DNA from: Nitrospirales bacterium
Lineage (GTDB): Bacteria > Nitrospirota > Nitrospiria > Nitrospirales > UBA8639
DNA: 64,000 bases
Direction of reading: 5' to 3'
Assembly: GCA_963422365.1 (NCBI GenBank)
Contig: OY729426.1
Coordinates: 2,400,001 to 2,464,000, forward strand
Shown here: positions 27,841-38,747 of the stretch, in pieces
Numbering within the stretch: position 1 is the first letter of the stretch
Layout: each line of letters begins with the position of its first letter
Position numbers and translations under genes: made by a program
Notes under the pieces: model-generated
The model's input: only the letters and a program-made list of their open reading frames with translations
Told to the model about the DNA's origin: nothing
The model's database searches: none

Positions 27841-28349
27841 CTTTACAGCATTATTTGCGAATCCCCCCCCCAGATTTTCTCCTTTTCGAGTTCTTTCTAA
27901 GAACGCTTCTTCTATAAAGATGGGAGTGCCAAAATGAATCGCCAAGGCAATCCCGTCTGAAGAACGACCATCGAACACTTGGGTTTGGCCGGCACCTGCC
28001 ATCATCAACTCACCATAAAAGACCTGCCCTTTTAGACTGATCAGAACCTGAACAACCATCATACCATAGGCCCGCAACATGGTGTGCATTCAATCATAAG
28101 ACAACGGGCGTGGAGATTTTTGCCCTGTCAGCGTCCCTCTGCATTGACCCCGCCACCGTCGGATCCACAAAAATGGGGGATCATGGATTCTCCTGCCGCC
28201 AATAACACGACAAGTCCCACCTCCGACCAAACGACCTTCACTTCATCCACCGTGACTTGACCTGAAGGAGCCAGGGATTGCGCCTGAATCTGGGTGGCTC
28301 CAACCGCCTCACATCCGACAATGAGAAGCAGCCGTCTGAGATGTCGCAT
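27840..28349 (-). pseudogene. Disrupted bifunctional nuclease (DUF151) gene
   Basis: PRPLSYD*MH in-frame stop; D.RSSDGIALA motif; frameshifts near 28140-28180 (an IFVDPTVAGSMQR frame differs from the N-terminal frame). Confidence 0.75.
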
Positions 28350-28539
28350 TCCGCTCTCCTTGAGAGAACCTCTGCTTTATGGTGATAGCAGGATGCAGAG
28401 GGCAAGTCGTCCCGCAGCGAAACCCGAGACCTATCGAGTCGAGAGGTGAGGGGTGAGCAAGGACACAACACGGCAATGCGCCCGATCATGCAAGAAATCA
28501 GAGGTTCCTTTCGTTTGTGGTTCACGGACGAATGCACCG

Positions 28540-29178
28540 TTATCCCGACACGAACGGGTTATGCTCCCGTTCAAGTCCAATCTGCGTAGCCGGACCATGT
28601 CCGGGAATGACTTGAGTGGCAGGATCCAAGGAAAAGAGTCGCTCCCGAATGGAAGACTGAATGGCGCGCGCATCACCTTCCCACAAATCCGTTCGTCCAA
28701 TACCACCACGAAACAGGGTATCTCCCGACAGGACCAATTGCTGGCCAGCAAAATAGAAGCTGAGAGACCCCGGAGTGTGTCCCGGAGTATGTAACACCTG
28801 TCCTGACACATGCCCTAATGACAGCAACTCCCCATCTTGAATCCAACAATCTGGATCCGGTGCAGGGATATAAGGCACCCCAAAAGCCTGACATTGAATG
28901 GCAAGCATCTTCCACAATGCCTGATCATGGGGATGCAAACAAATAGGCGCCTGAGTGGCCTTTTGAATATCTCCGGAAGCTAAAAAATGATCAAAGTGGG
29001 CATGGGTGTGCAGAATACGAACGACCGTCAGTCCAAGACGCTGAACTTCAGCAAGAAGTTGCTCGGGGTTCCCTCCCGGATCAACAATGACCGCCTGGTT
29101 GGATTCCGTATCTCCTAAAATAGAACAATTACACCCGAGCGGAGGAACCACAAAGGTTTTTTGAATAAAATCTTGCAC
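28540..29178 (-). CDS. MBL-fold metallo-hydrolase (glyoxalase II/YcbL-like)
   Basis: HTHAHFDH, HTPGHTPG, GDTLF, PGHG. Confidence 0.92.
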   Translation of the reverse strand: MQDFIQKTFVVPPLGCNCSILGDTESNQAVIVDPGGNPEQLLAEVQRLGLTVVRILHTHAHFDHFLASGDIQKATQAPICLHPHDQALWKMLAIQCQAFGVPYIPAPDPDCWIQDGELLSLGHVSGQVLHTPGHTPGSLSFYFAGQQLVLSGDTLFRGGIGRTDLWEGDARAIQSSIRERLFSLDPATQVIPGHGPATQIGLEREHNPFVSG

Positions 29179-29273
29179 GAATCGCCTTTCCTTTCCTCAC
29201 GCGCAGCCAACCACCGCCATAGGAAATGGTTGTGGACGGCCTGATCATGCACCCGCCGGATTTGCATTAGCTT

Positions 29274-30242
29274 TTGAAGACACCTACAATCCTGGTCAAC
29301 AGTAGGCTAAGGCAGGTTTCGTCCTCAGTGAAGTTTAACATTTTCTCTTTGGATCGTGTGCCCACGATTGACTCACACCCCATTGTGATCCGCGAGCAAC
29401 CATCCCAAGGCATCCCAACCTCAGCTTGGCATCTGGTCCAGATCTTCCTCCTAAGCCTTCCCTGGGTCTTGTTGACCGGATGCCCTCCTGACAACACGCC
29501 CATTCTTGAGGAAAACGAACAGATCAAAAAACAAATCGTCAAGCAAGAAAGCATCTTGAAGACCCTTCAAGCAGGAAACAGGGTCCTGCAAGAACAGATC
29601 GATCTGCTCAATCAGGAACTTCGAGAAAAGGAGAACAAGTTTGCGAAACAACTTGAACTCTCGCAACAAACAGGGCAAGGCCTTTCCACTGAAAAGCAGA
29701 ACCTGCTCCAACACATGACGGCGTTAACTCAAGAAAATCAGAAACTGCAGTTAGAGAGTCAAAAACTCAAAGGCGATGCCCAATGGCTACGCAAGCAACG
29801 AGAGATTTTTCGACAATCCCTTCAAGCCAATAACCAGAGGGTTAAAGTTCAAAAACTGCCACACAAATTGCCGGATGTGACCAAAGCCGCCTTGCGAGCC
29901 TTAGCGCAAAATGGATACACGTTGATGGCGAAAATGGAAACCGATCAAAAATCGGTGTTTGTCACGGAACGAAAAGACTCCCCCTCTTCCTCGATTGAGT
30001 TGCCCGGTTACCGAAACCAGTACCTCGTGGAATTAGAAGTTCACCCCAACAACCAGACCGCTCTGAAGGTCAAGGCACAGTATGAGAAGATGGGCCAAGG
30101 AGGAAAAATCCTCGAGGTGGGCGACAAAGAAGTCACAGAGATTGAACATCGATTCATTCAGGCCATTCAGCAAGTCCTGAATCAGCCAAAAGAGAAGGCC
30201 AAGCCCAAGGCCATCAAAAAAAACAACCAGCCCCCCCTCTGA
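29274..30242 (+). CDS. Coiled-coil lipoprotein of unknown function (start uncertain)
   Basis: LLTGC lipobox followed by a long Q/E/K heptad region. Confidence 0.7.
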   Translation: MKTPTILVNSRLRQVSSSVKFNIFSLDRVPTIDSHPIVIREQPSQGIPTSAWHLVQIFLLSLPWVLLTGCPPDNTPILEENEQIKKQIVKQESILKTLQAGNRVLQEQIDLLNQELREKENKFAKQLELSQQTGQGLSTEKQNLLQHMTALTQENQKLQLESQKLKGDAQWLRKQREIFRQSLQANNQRVKVQKLPHKLPDVTKAALRALAQNGYTLMAKMETDQKSVFVTERKDSPSSSIELPGYRNQYLVELEVHPNNQTALKVKAQYEKMGQGGKILEVGDKEVTEIEHRFIQAIQQVLNQPKEKAKPKAIKKNNQPPL

Positions 30243-30394
30243 GACCCCTTAACCCGAATTTCTCCAGTCCAACTCATCACTTGCCAGCGACCCTCTGCTG
30301 CCCCCTGCCGATGCAGCAGTGCGTGGCGTCATCTCGTTGACACAGTCGACGAACCGAAGAAAAGTCGTTGCTTGTTGACTGAAGGAACATTGAA

Positions 30395-31840
30395 TCAGGA
30401 ACGCGAGCGGGAGGCAGCAAACACACTGTGTCCGGCCTTGAGGTAGGCATCAATCCCAGCAGCGGCTTTGCGGCCTTCTGCAATGGCCCAGACAATAAGC
30501 GAGGCACCGCGTTTGGTATCACCAGCGGCAAAGATGCCCGCTTTGTTGGTCATGAAATTCTGGTCCACCGCCACGTTCCCACGAGCATCGTACTCCACGC
30601 CGAGATTATCGAGCAGTTCGTTTTTGACGGGTCCGGTGAAGCCCATGGCTAAGAGAACCAAATCGACCCCTATGTCGAATTCCGTTCCGGGGACAGGGAT
30701 AAATTTTCCTCCATTACACGAGACTTGATGAGCATGTAATCTGGCAACTTGGCCATTGTCGCCGGAGAACCTCGTTGTCGATACACTCCACTGTCGATCA
30801 CAGCCTTCTTCATGGGCGTGGGAGGTACGCAGCTGCATGGGCCACAGAGGCCACGGTGTGGATTCCGCACGCTGAGGAGGAGGCTCTGGCAACAACTCGA
30901 ACTGATGAACATCCTTACACCCCTGACGGTGTGTCGTGCCCAAACAGTCGGATCCGGTATCGCCGCCACCAATAATCACCACCCGTTTACCTTTCGCAGT
31001 GATCTGTTCGACCGGCAGGCTATCCCCGGCATTCACTTTATTCTGTTGAATAAGATAGTCCATGGCAAAATGGATGCCCTGCAGTTCCCGACCAGGCACC
31101 GGCAAATCACGCGCGTGTTCAGCCCCCAGGGTGAGACACACCGCATCGAACTGCTGGGCCAAGACTTCTCCCGTCACGTCCACACCAACATTCACGCTGG
31201 GTTCGAACTGCACGCCTTCAGCGATCATCTGGTCCAAGCGTCGGTCAATGACCCACTTTTCCATTTTGAAATCCGGAATGCCGTAGCGCAGCAACCCGCC
31301 AATGCGGTCTGCCTTTTCATACACGGTGACACGGTGTCCCGCCCGGACTAATTGTTGGGCAGCCGCCAAACCCGCAGGGCCTGACCCGACAACCGCCACG
31401 GTCTTGCCTGTTTCGGCCACCGGCATGACCGGCTCAATCCAACATTCATCGAACCCGCGATCGATGATGTTCCACTCAATGACACGGATGGAGACAGGAT
31501 CGGAATTGATACCCAGCACACAAGCTGGTTCGCACGGCGCCGGGCACAAGCGACCGGTGAATTCAGGAAAATTATTCGTCGCATGAAGCGCTTTGAGGGC
31601 ATCCTTCCACCGACCACGATGCACCAGATCATTCCACTCAGGAATCAGGTTGCTCACCGGGCATCCAGAGGCGCTCTGACAAAATGGTACGCCGCAATCC
31701 ATACACCGTCCGCCCTGAGCGCGCAGCTTCTCTTCGGGAAACGGTTCATACATTTCCTTCCAATCCAACACCCGTAGCTCGACCGAACGCCGGGGCGGCA
31801 TTTCCCTCGAAACGTTCAAAAACCCGCGTGGATCACCCAT
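30395..31840 (-). CDS. gltD: Glutamate synthase small subunit
   Basis: MGDPRGF, RCMDCGVPFC, GSGPAG, GGGDTGSDC; overlaps the gltB stop. Confidence 0.97.
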   Translation of the reverse strand: MGDPRGFLNVSREMPPRRSVELRVLDWKEMYEPFPEEKLRAQGGRCMDCGVPFCQSASGCPVSNLIPEWNDLVHRGRWKDALKALHATNNFPEFTGRLCPAPCEPACVLGINSDPVSIRVIEWNIIDRGFDECWIEPVMPVAETGKTVAVVGSGPAGLAAAQQLVRAGHRVTVYEKADRIGGLLRYGIPDFKMEKWVIDRRLDQMIAEGVQFEPSVNVGVDVTGEVLAQQFDAVCLTLGAEHARDLPVPGRELQGIHFAMDYLIQQNKVNAGDSLPVEQITAKGKRVVIIGGGDTGSDCLGTTHRQGCKDVHQFELLPEPPPQRAESTPWPLWPMQLRTSHAHEEGCDRQWSVSTTRFSGDNGQVARLHAHQVSCNGGKFIPVPGTEFDIGVDLVLLAMGFTGPVKNELLDNLGVEYDARGNVAVDQNFMTNKAGIFAAGDTKRGASLIVWAIAEGRKAAAGIDAYLKAGHSVFAASRSRS

Positions 31841-34800
31841 GAGCATGTACCTCTTTCTCTTGGATGCTTTTTTTCGCCGCTGCTTTGCGTTCCGCCAACA
31901 CCCGCTTGTAATCCAAGGGCATAACCTTGACAAACTTGGGAAGCATGATTGACCAGGAGTCCAACATCATCCGGGCCTTGCGGCTTCCCGTCTCGCGGGC
32001 ATGATTGCCAATCATGGTTTTTAAGGTTTGAATGTCTTCAGCCTCCACAACCTTTTCTAATTCCACCATCCCGAGATTACACCGAGATTCAAACTTTCCG
32101 TCTTCATTCCAGACATAGGCTTCACCACCCGACATCCCGGCAGCAAAATTCCGACCGGTTTTGCCCAACACGACGACCACTCCTCCCGTCATATACTCAC
32201 ACCCGTGATCTCCTGTTCCCTCAATCACCGTGCGGACGCCGCTGTTTCTCACCGCAAACCGTTCACCGGCCGTCCCATAAAAATAACACTCTCCGCGAGT
32301 GGCACCGTAGAGTGACGTATTGCCGATCAGAATCGTGTGTTCGGGTTGAAACATCGCACCTTGAGGTGGGGTCACGATGATCTTGCCGCCGGAGAGTCCC
32401 TTGCCCAGATAGTCGTTCGACTCGCCTTCGAGATAGAGGGTGATGCCTTTGCTCAAAAAGGCACCAAACGATTGGCCAGCGGATCCCTTGAAGTTGATGG
32501 TAATGGTATCGGTGGGCAATCCTTCTTCACCGTATTGCCGTGCGATACGACTGGACAGGATCGTCCCGGTCGTTCGATCGGTGTTATGGATCGGCAAATC
32601 CAGCGTCACCTTTTCCTGCCGTTGAATCGCCGGCTCACACAGTTGCACCAACGTCACGTCCAACACCTTATCCAACCCGTGATCTTGTGGTTGGACGTTG
32701 GACGTCGCCACCTCAGGCCCGATGTCTGGGCTCCACAGTAAAGGCGAGAGATCCAAGCCACTCGCCTTCCAATGGTCGATGGCTGTTTTCACTTTTAATT
32801 TGTCATTGCGGCCAATCATCTCTGGAAACGTTCTAAACCCAAGTTGCGCCATCAACTGTCGAACGTCTTCCGCCACGAAGAAAAAGAAATTCACCACGTG
32901 ATCCGGTTGGCCCGCAAACCGTTTCCGAAGTTCAGGATCTTGTGTCGCGATTCCAACCGGACAGGTGTTGAGATGACATTTCCGCATCATGATACAGCCT
33001 TCGACAATTAACGGCGCGGTGGAAAATCCAAATTCCTCAGCACCGAGCAACGCAGCCACGACGACGTCGCGACCGGTTTTCATTTGTCCGTCGGTTTCAA
33101 CCTTGATGCGTCCCCGAAGGTCATTGAGGACGAGGGTTTGATGGGTCTCTGCCAAGCCCAACTCCCAAGGAATCCCTGCCGACTTAATCGACGACAAGGG
33201 AGACGCCCCCGTGCCACCGGAATCACCACTGATCAACACTTTGTCGGCATGCGCTTTCGAAACGCCTGCGGCCACCGTGCCCACGCCGACTTCAGACACC
33301 AACTTCACGGATACGTCTGCGGCGGGACTCGAGTTTTTTAAATCAAAAATGAGTTGGGCCAAATCTTCGATCGAATAAATATCATGATGGGGTGGCGGTG
33401 AAATGAGCCCCACACCAGGCATTGAAAACCGGAGCCTGGCAATGACTTCGTCGACTTTATGACCGGGAAGTTGGCCTCCTTCCCCAGGCTTTGCCCCTTG
33501 CGCCATTTTGATTTGCAGTTCTTTCGCATTGACCAAATAATTCGCCGTGACCCCAAATCGACCTGAAGCCACTTGTTTGATAGACGAATTTTTCGAATCG
33601 CCGTTCGGCAGAGGAATAAATCGTTCCGAATCTTCCCCGCCCTCACCCGTGTTACTCTTGGCTCCGATCCGATTCATCGCGATCGCAAGGGTTTCATGGG
33701 CCTCTTTACTGATTGCCCCATACGACATCGCGCCGGTGGTAAACCGTTTCACGATTTCCTTGGCGGGTTCCACTTCTTCTAATGCCAAAGGGCTCGGCAC
33801 AAATTTGAACTCAAACAAACCGCGCAAATTCGATCGGTCCTGGGTTTCATCATTCACCAGTTGAGCATAGGCTTTGTACGTCTTGGCATCGTTGGTTTGG
33901 GTCGCATGCTGCAGGGTGGAGATGGTCTCCGGATTCCAATTATGATGTTCGCCCTGCATGCGATAGTGAATCTCACTGCCGAAGTCCAACTGCCGAATGG
34001 GAACCGGTTCGTACGCGACCAGATGGCGTCGTAGGGTCTCTTCGGCAATTTCCCGCATGCCCATGCCCTGAATGCGTGAAGGGGTCCCCGTGAAATATCG
34101 ATTCACAAGTTCTTCATTCAGTCCAACGGCTTCGAAGATTTGCGCGCCGCAATAGGACTGCACCGTCGAGATTCCCATTTTCGAAAAGATTTTGAGCAGG
34201 CCCTTGTTGATGGCTTTGATAAATTTCCCCGACGCGGTTTCTGCATCAATACCTTCCGGCAAATAGCCTTCGCGTTCCAAATCCTTATAGGTTTCAAACA
34301 CCAGATACGGATTGACCACACCGGCGCCGTATCCAAGCAAACACGCAAAATGATGCGTATCCCGCGGCTCGCCAGTCTCAAGAATCAATCCAACTTCCGT
34401 TCGCGTGGCCTCACGCACCAGATGATGATGGACCGCGGAAATCCCCAACAAACTGGAGATCGACGCCCATTCCTCATCCACGCCGCGATCACTCAAGATC
34501 AAAAACTTAAAGCCCTCTTTAATGGCCTTGGACGCTTCCTGACACAGTTGGTCGACAGCCATCCCCAATCCCTCAGGACCGTCGGCCACACGAAACAACA
34601 AGGGCAACGTCTTGCTCACAAAATGGGGGTCTTCGATCTCTCGGATTTTTTGCAACTGCGCATTGGTCAGAATCGGCTGCTGGACTTTGATTCTGCGACA
34701 GGCCTCTGGGATCTCAGCCGTCAGATTGGGCTTCGGTCCAATATTCGTGACCAACGACATGACCAACTGTTCCCGAATGGGATCAATAGGGGGATTCGTG

Positions 34801-36389
34801 ACCTGTGCGAAAAGTTGTTTGAAATATTTTGGCAACAGTTGCGGACGATTGGAAAGCACCGCCAAGGGAGTATCCGTTCCCATAGACGAAACGGGCTCTT
34901 CGCCATTGATCCCCATCGGCGACAACACCATTTTGATTTCCTCAATGGTATAGCCGAACACTTGTTGTCGTTGACGGAGGGTCGGGTGATCCGGTTGAGG
35001 CACATTCAACGGCTCAGGCAGCTCATCCAACGACACGCGATACTGGGTCAGCCAGGAGCGGTAGGGCTTACGCCCGACCATTTCCGCTTTGATCTCTTCG
35101 TCGTCGATAATTCGACCTTGAACCGTATCAACCAGAAACATGCGGCCCGGTTGGAGACGTCCTTTTTCACGAATGGTGTTCACATCGGCAGGCAAAACCC
35201 CGGCCTCAGAAGCCAGGACGACTAAATCATCCGTCGTCACCTGATACCGGCAGGGCCGTAACCCATTTCGATCCAATGTGGCCCCGATAAGTTTGCCGTC
35301 CGTAAACGCGACAGCCGCCGGGCCGTCCCAGGGTTCCATCATTGAGGCGTGATATTCATAAAATCCTCGTCGGCTCAAATCCATGTGAGGATTCCCCACC
35401 CACGGTTCAGGAATCAACATCATCATGGCATGAGGCAGAGACCGGCCGGCCATCACGAGAAATTCCACCGCATTATCGAGACATGCAGAATCGCTTTGTT
35501 CTTCATAGACAATGGGGTAGAGTTTTTCGAGATCATCACCAAACAGATCAGACGCCAAGCGCCCTTGGCGAGCTCGCATCCAATTGACGTTGCCTCGCAA
35601 CGTATTAATTTCGCCGTTATGCACGACATACCGATAGGGGTGCGCTAACGACCACGTGGGGAAGGTATTTGTACTAAAACGGGAATGAACAAGCGCTAAG
35701 GCCGATACCATGCTGGAATCGGCTAAGTCAGGGAAGAAGCATTCAAGCTGTTCAGGCAACAGCATGCCTTTATAGACGATGGTGTTGGAAGACAAACTGC
35801 AGACGTAGACTCGGCCTCGTTCCACCAACGCGGACTCACGAATCGCTCGGGCGATACGTTTCCGAACGACATACAACTTCCGTTCAAACTGAGCCTCATT
35901 CAGAATATCGCGCGCAATAAAAAACTGTCGAATAGAGGGAAGGGTCTTTTGTGCAAGCGCGCCAACATATTCGAGCTTCACCGGAACATCGCGCCATCCC
36001 AAAAATCTCAGCCCTTCTTCGCGAAGAATCGATTCAAAGAGGCCTTCGCATTGCCTGCGAAGCGGTTCATCTTGGGGCAGGAATACCATTCCCACCCCAT
36101 AGCCACCCGATTCGGGCAATTGTAGACCGACGTTTTCGCAAGCACGCCTAAAAAATTCATGGGAGACTTGGAGAAGAATCCCTGCGCCATCACCGGTACA
36201 CGGATCACAACCTTGTGCCCCGCGATGGTACAAGTTTCTCAAAACTGTCAACGACTTTTCGACGATATCGTGTGACTTATGGCCTTTAATGTTGACGACA
36301 AATCCAATGCCACACCCATCCTTCTCAAACCGCGGGTCATAGAGTCCCTGTTTGAGCGGCAGCCCATCTAGTGGTCGTTGATGATTCAT
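31833..36389 (-). CDS. gltB: Glutamate synthase large subunit (start uncertain, 36389-36422)
   Basis: CGIGF, HSRFSTNT, QGAKPGEGGQLPG, CHLNTCPVG. Confidence 0.98.
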   Translation of the reverse strand: MNHQRPLDGLPLKQGLYDPRFEKDGCGIGFVVNIKGHKSHDIVEKSLTVLRNLYHRGAQGCDPCTGDGAGILLQVSHEFFRRACENVGLQLPESGGYGVGMVFLPQDEPLRRQCEGLFESILREEGLRFLGWRDVPVKLEYVGALAQKTLPSIRQFFIARDILNEAQFERKLYVVRKRIARAIRESALVERGRVYVCSLSSNTIVYKGMLLPEQLECFFPDLADSSMVSALALVHSRFSTNTFPTWSLAHPYRYVVHNGEINTLRGNVNWMRARQGRLASDLFGDDLEKLYPIVYEEQSDSACLDNAVEFLVMAGRSLPHAMMMLIPEPWVGNPHMDLSRRGFYEYHASMMEPWDGPAAVAFTDGKLIGATLDRNGLRPCRYQVTTDDLVVLASEAGVLPADVNTIREKGRLQPGRMFLVDTVQGRIIDDEEIKAEMVGRKPYRSWLTQYRVSLDELPEPLNVPQPDHPTLRQRQQVFGYTIEEIKMVLSPMGINGEEPVSSMGTDTPLAVLSNRPQLLPKYFKQLFAQVTNPPIDPIREQLVMSLVTNIGPKPNLTAEIPEACRRIKVQQPILTNAQLQKIREIEDPHFVSKTLPLLFRVADGPEGLGMAVDQLCQEASKAIKEGFKFLILSDRGVDEEWASISSLLGISAVHHHLVREATRTEVGLILETGEPRDTHHFACLLGYGAGVVNPYLVFETYKDLEREGYLPEGIDAETASGKFIKAINKGLLKIFSKMGISTVQSYCGAQIFEAVGLNEELVNRYFTGTPSRIQGMGMREIAEETLRRHLVAYEPVPIRQLDFGSEIHYRMQGEHHNWNPETISTLQHATQTNDAKTYKAYAQLVNDETQDRSNLRGLFEFKFVPSPLALEEVEPAKEIVKRFTTGAMSYGAISKEAHETLAIAMNRIGAKSNTGEGGEDSERFIPLPNGDSKNSSIKQVASGRFGVTANYLVNAKELQIKMAQGAKPGEGGQLPGHKVDEVIARLRFSMPGVGLISPPPHHDIYSIEDLAQLIFDLKNSSPAADVSVKLVSEVGVGTVAAGVSKAHADKVLISGDSGGTGASPLSSIKSAGIPWELGLAETHQTLVLNDLRGRIKVETDGQMKTGRDVVVAALLGAEEFGFSTAPLIVEGCIMMRKCHLNTCPVGIATQDPELRKRFAGQPDHVVNFFFFVAEDVRQLMAQLGFRTFPEMIGRNDKLKVKTAIDHWKASGLDLSPLLWSPDIGPEVATSNVQPQDHGLDKVLDVTLVQLCEPAIQRQEKVTLDLPIHNTDRTTGTILSSRIARQYGEEGLPTDTITINFKGSAGQSFGAFLSKGITLYLEGESNDYLGKGLSGGKIIVTPPQGAMFQPEHTILIGNTSLYGATRGECYFYGTAGERFAVRNSGVRTVIEGTGDHGCEYMTGGVVVVLGKTGRNFAAGMSGGEAYVWNEDGKFESRCNLGMVELEKVVEAEDIQTLKTMIGNHARETGSRKARMMLDSWSIMLPKFVKVMPLDYKRVLAERKAAAKKSIQEKEVHAHG

Positions 36390-36512
36390 AAAAAATTCGT
36401 GGCCCATCTCACACACATCCACGAGGAAAACATTTCAGGCCCCCTGACCGGTCATTTCGCCTCACGCAAGAAAAGCATGAGGAAATCCAAGGAGAAGCAG
36501 AGGCATGACGGA

Positions 36513-36542
36513 AATCTACTGGATACGAAAAAATGGTGTCAA
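36513..36542 (-). promoter_or_regulatory. Possible gltBD promoter TTGACA-18-TAGATT
   Basis: Perfect -35 and plausible -10 in the divergent intergenic region. Confidence 0.45.
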
Positions 36543-36647
36543 GGCAGACCCCGGAAAACCCCGCACCCCTTCTTGCGATATCCGGGGTTCAAGCATTGAT
36601 GGACACGTACCTTGACAAACACCAGACCCTCCCCTAGGATCGCCGAA

Positions 36648-37655
36648 ATGGCCAATGGGCAACCAGTCATTCAGCGTTCCCTCACGATGGATGAGGTATG
36701 GGAGCATTATCGCCATGACCTCGAAGAAATCGAATCGCAAATTCGGCATCACCTCAATTCCGAAGCACCCCTCATTAACGAAATTGCCGCCCACATTCTC
36801 GATGGTGGCGGCAAACGCATTCGCCCCCTCCTGTTGAGTCTCTGTGCTCGACTCACGGGCTATGACCCCAAAAACGACTTGGTCCTTGGCAGTCTCATTG
36901 AATTCATCCATACGGCGACTCTGCTCCATGACGATGTATTGGATGAAGCGACGCTTCGCCGAGGTCAACCCACTGCTCGATGCATTTGGGGAAATCGGGC
37001 CAGTATTTTGGTGGGAGACTATCTCTACTCACGAGCGATGCAGCATATTGCCGCATTTAAGAACCACGGTATTAATAATACCATGGCCGTGGCCTGCCGG
37101 AAAATGGCGGAAGGAGAAATTCTTCAGCTGTGTGCCAACCAGCACCCACTGTTACCTGAATCGGATTATTTACGGATCGTCGAGTACAAAACCGGAGCCT
37201 TAGTGGCGGCCGCGTGCAAAGTAGGGGGCCTGCTGGGAGACACCTTCCTCCTTCAACAGGAAGCGTTATATCAATTCGGTTTAAACTTGGGCATTGCCTT
37301 TCAACTAGCTGATGATTGGCTCGATTATACGGCCAATGACAAAAGCCTGGGAAAGACCCTTGGCCAAGATTTGATGCAAGGAATGGTCACCCTGCCCCTT
37401 ATCCATTTATTGCCGTGTTTGCCGGATGAAGACCAACAAATCCTGGTCTCCAAAATTGGAAACGACGCCATTGAAGAGGATGATTTACTCCAGATCACGG
37501 CACGCATGCATCAGCATGGATCGTTGCGATACACCAAGGCCCGTTCCCAGGAATACATCGATGCCGCGCTTGTGAATCTCACCGCCTTTGAAGATTCCAC
37601 GGCCAAACGTGCCCTCATCGTCGTAGCCGATTACATGGTCAACCGCGACTGCTAA
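36648..37655 (+). CDS. ispB: Polyprenyl (octaprenyl-type) diphosphate synthase
   Basis: GGKRIRP, LLHDDVLD, RRG, FQLADD. Confidence 0.9.
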   Translation: MANGQPVIQRSLTMDEVWEHYRHDLEEIESQIRHHLNSEAPLINEIAAHILDGGGKRIRPLLLSLCARLTGYDPKNDLVLGSLIEFIHTATLLHDDVLDEATLRRGQPTARCIWGNRASILVGDYLYSRAMQHIAAFKNHGINNTMAVACRKMAEGEILQLCANQHPLLPESDYLRIVEYKTGALVAAACKVGGLLGDTFLLQQEALYQFGLNLGIAFQLADDWLDYTANDKSLGKTLGQDLMQGMVTLPLIHLLPCLPDEDQQILVSKIGNDAIEEDDLLQITARMHQHGSLRYTKARSQEYIDAALVNLTAFEDSTAKRALIVVADYMVNRDC

Positions 37656-37661
37656 GGCTTT

Positions 37662-38639
37662 TCAAGTCGTAAGCGTCATTTTTTCTCGTCGTGCGGCTAG
37701 AAAGACGAGCCCTATGAGAATCCACATGATTTCGCGAATCCGACGGATTACGGCAAAGGTGATCCCTGTCACCTCGCTGTACCCTAATGCCGTCAATAAA
37801 AAAAGATAGCCTCCTTCTTGCGCCCCCAGTCCACCGGGAACAAACGACACACTTCCCTTGATCAATACCGCAATCGCGGCGATAGACAAAGACGACAACC
37901 ACCCGACCTCCGCGCCCAGGAAATATAGAATCGCATACACTTCAAACAACTCCGTCAACCATGCGACAAAGTATACCCCCATTGACAACAAAAACGTCTG
38001 GCGGCGCTGTTGATAAAAATTTCGAATCGTCCGATCCAACTCCAATAACTGCGACCGATGGTTCTCCAGCCACTGCGACCGAATCCTGCACGTTTCGGCA
38101 ACCGTTAACAGCCCTGCTCCGATTCCATAGTGCTGGACGACGAGAAACAAGAAGACTCCAAACCCAAGCATGCCCACGCCGACGAAAGCGATCAAGGCGC
38201 TGTACGGTCCTCCCCCTACGAGCCACAACATCAGGACTAACCCCAACAACATAAACAGGATCTGTGCAATGGACATGATTGTCTTGGCTGTCACCACAGA
38301 GGCTAACCCTTCGACCATGGGGACCTCATACCGTGTGAGCAGATAGGCCTTCATGGGTTCACCGCCAAGCATAGCCGTCGGGGTTGTCACGTTAATGGCT
38401 TCGCCCGCCATTCTCACCATAAACAACCGGACAAACCCCACTCGACTCGCCCACTGACCCAAGGTCAGGAACCATCCATAGGTCTCGAGAAGATACACCA
38501 CCAGAAGCGGGGTGAGAATAATGCAGAAAGAGACAACCCCAACGTGTTCAACCGTCTCCCATACTCGAGAGGGGCCGATATGCCAGATCAACCCACCCAG
38601 AACACCAAGACCCACGGCAAGGAGGACACACCGAATCAT
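37662..38639 (-). CDS. Lysylphosphatidylglycerol synthase TM/flippase-like protein (UPF0104)
   Basis: GGEPMK, VPGGLGAQEG, multiple TM helices. Confidence 0.85.
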   Translation of the reverse strand: MIRCVLLAVGLGVLGGLIWHIGPSRVWETVEHVGVVSFCIILTPLLVVYLLETYGWFLTLGQWASRVGFVRLFMVRMAGEAINVTTPTAMLGGEPMKAYLLTRYEVPMVEGLASVVTAKTIMSIAQILFMLLGLVLMLWLVGGGPYSALIAFVGVGMLGFGVFLFLVVQHYGIGAGLLTVAETCRIRSQWLENHRSQLLELDRTIRNFYQQRRQTFLLSMGVYFVAWLTELFEVYAILYFLGAEVGWLSSLSIAAIAVLIKGSVSFVPGGLGAQEGGYLFLLTALGYSEVTGITFAVIRRIREIMWILIGLVFLAARREKMTLTT

Positions 38640-38747
38640 GGGATTAACTTAGCATGAAAAGCGAAGAGGGAAGGCATGATGCGTAAAGAAATTTGTTGAA
38701 CCTTACGCCCCATGTCACTGTGTTCGGGATAACGCTTAAAGAGCGCG

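Noticed and set aside
34140..35225. 361-aa plus-strand ORF and similar short antisense ORFs across the window (e.g. 10585..11409)
   Set aside because: Fully overlap well-supported genes on the opposite strand
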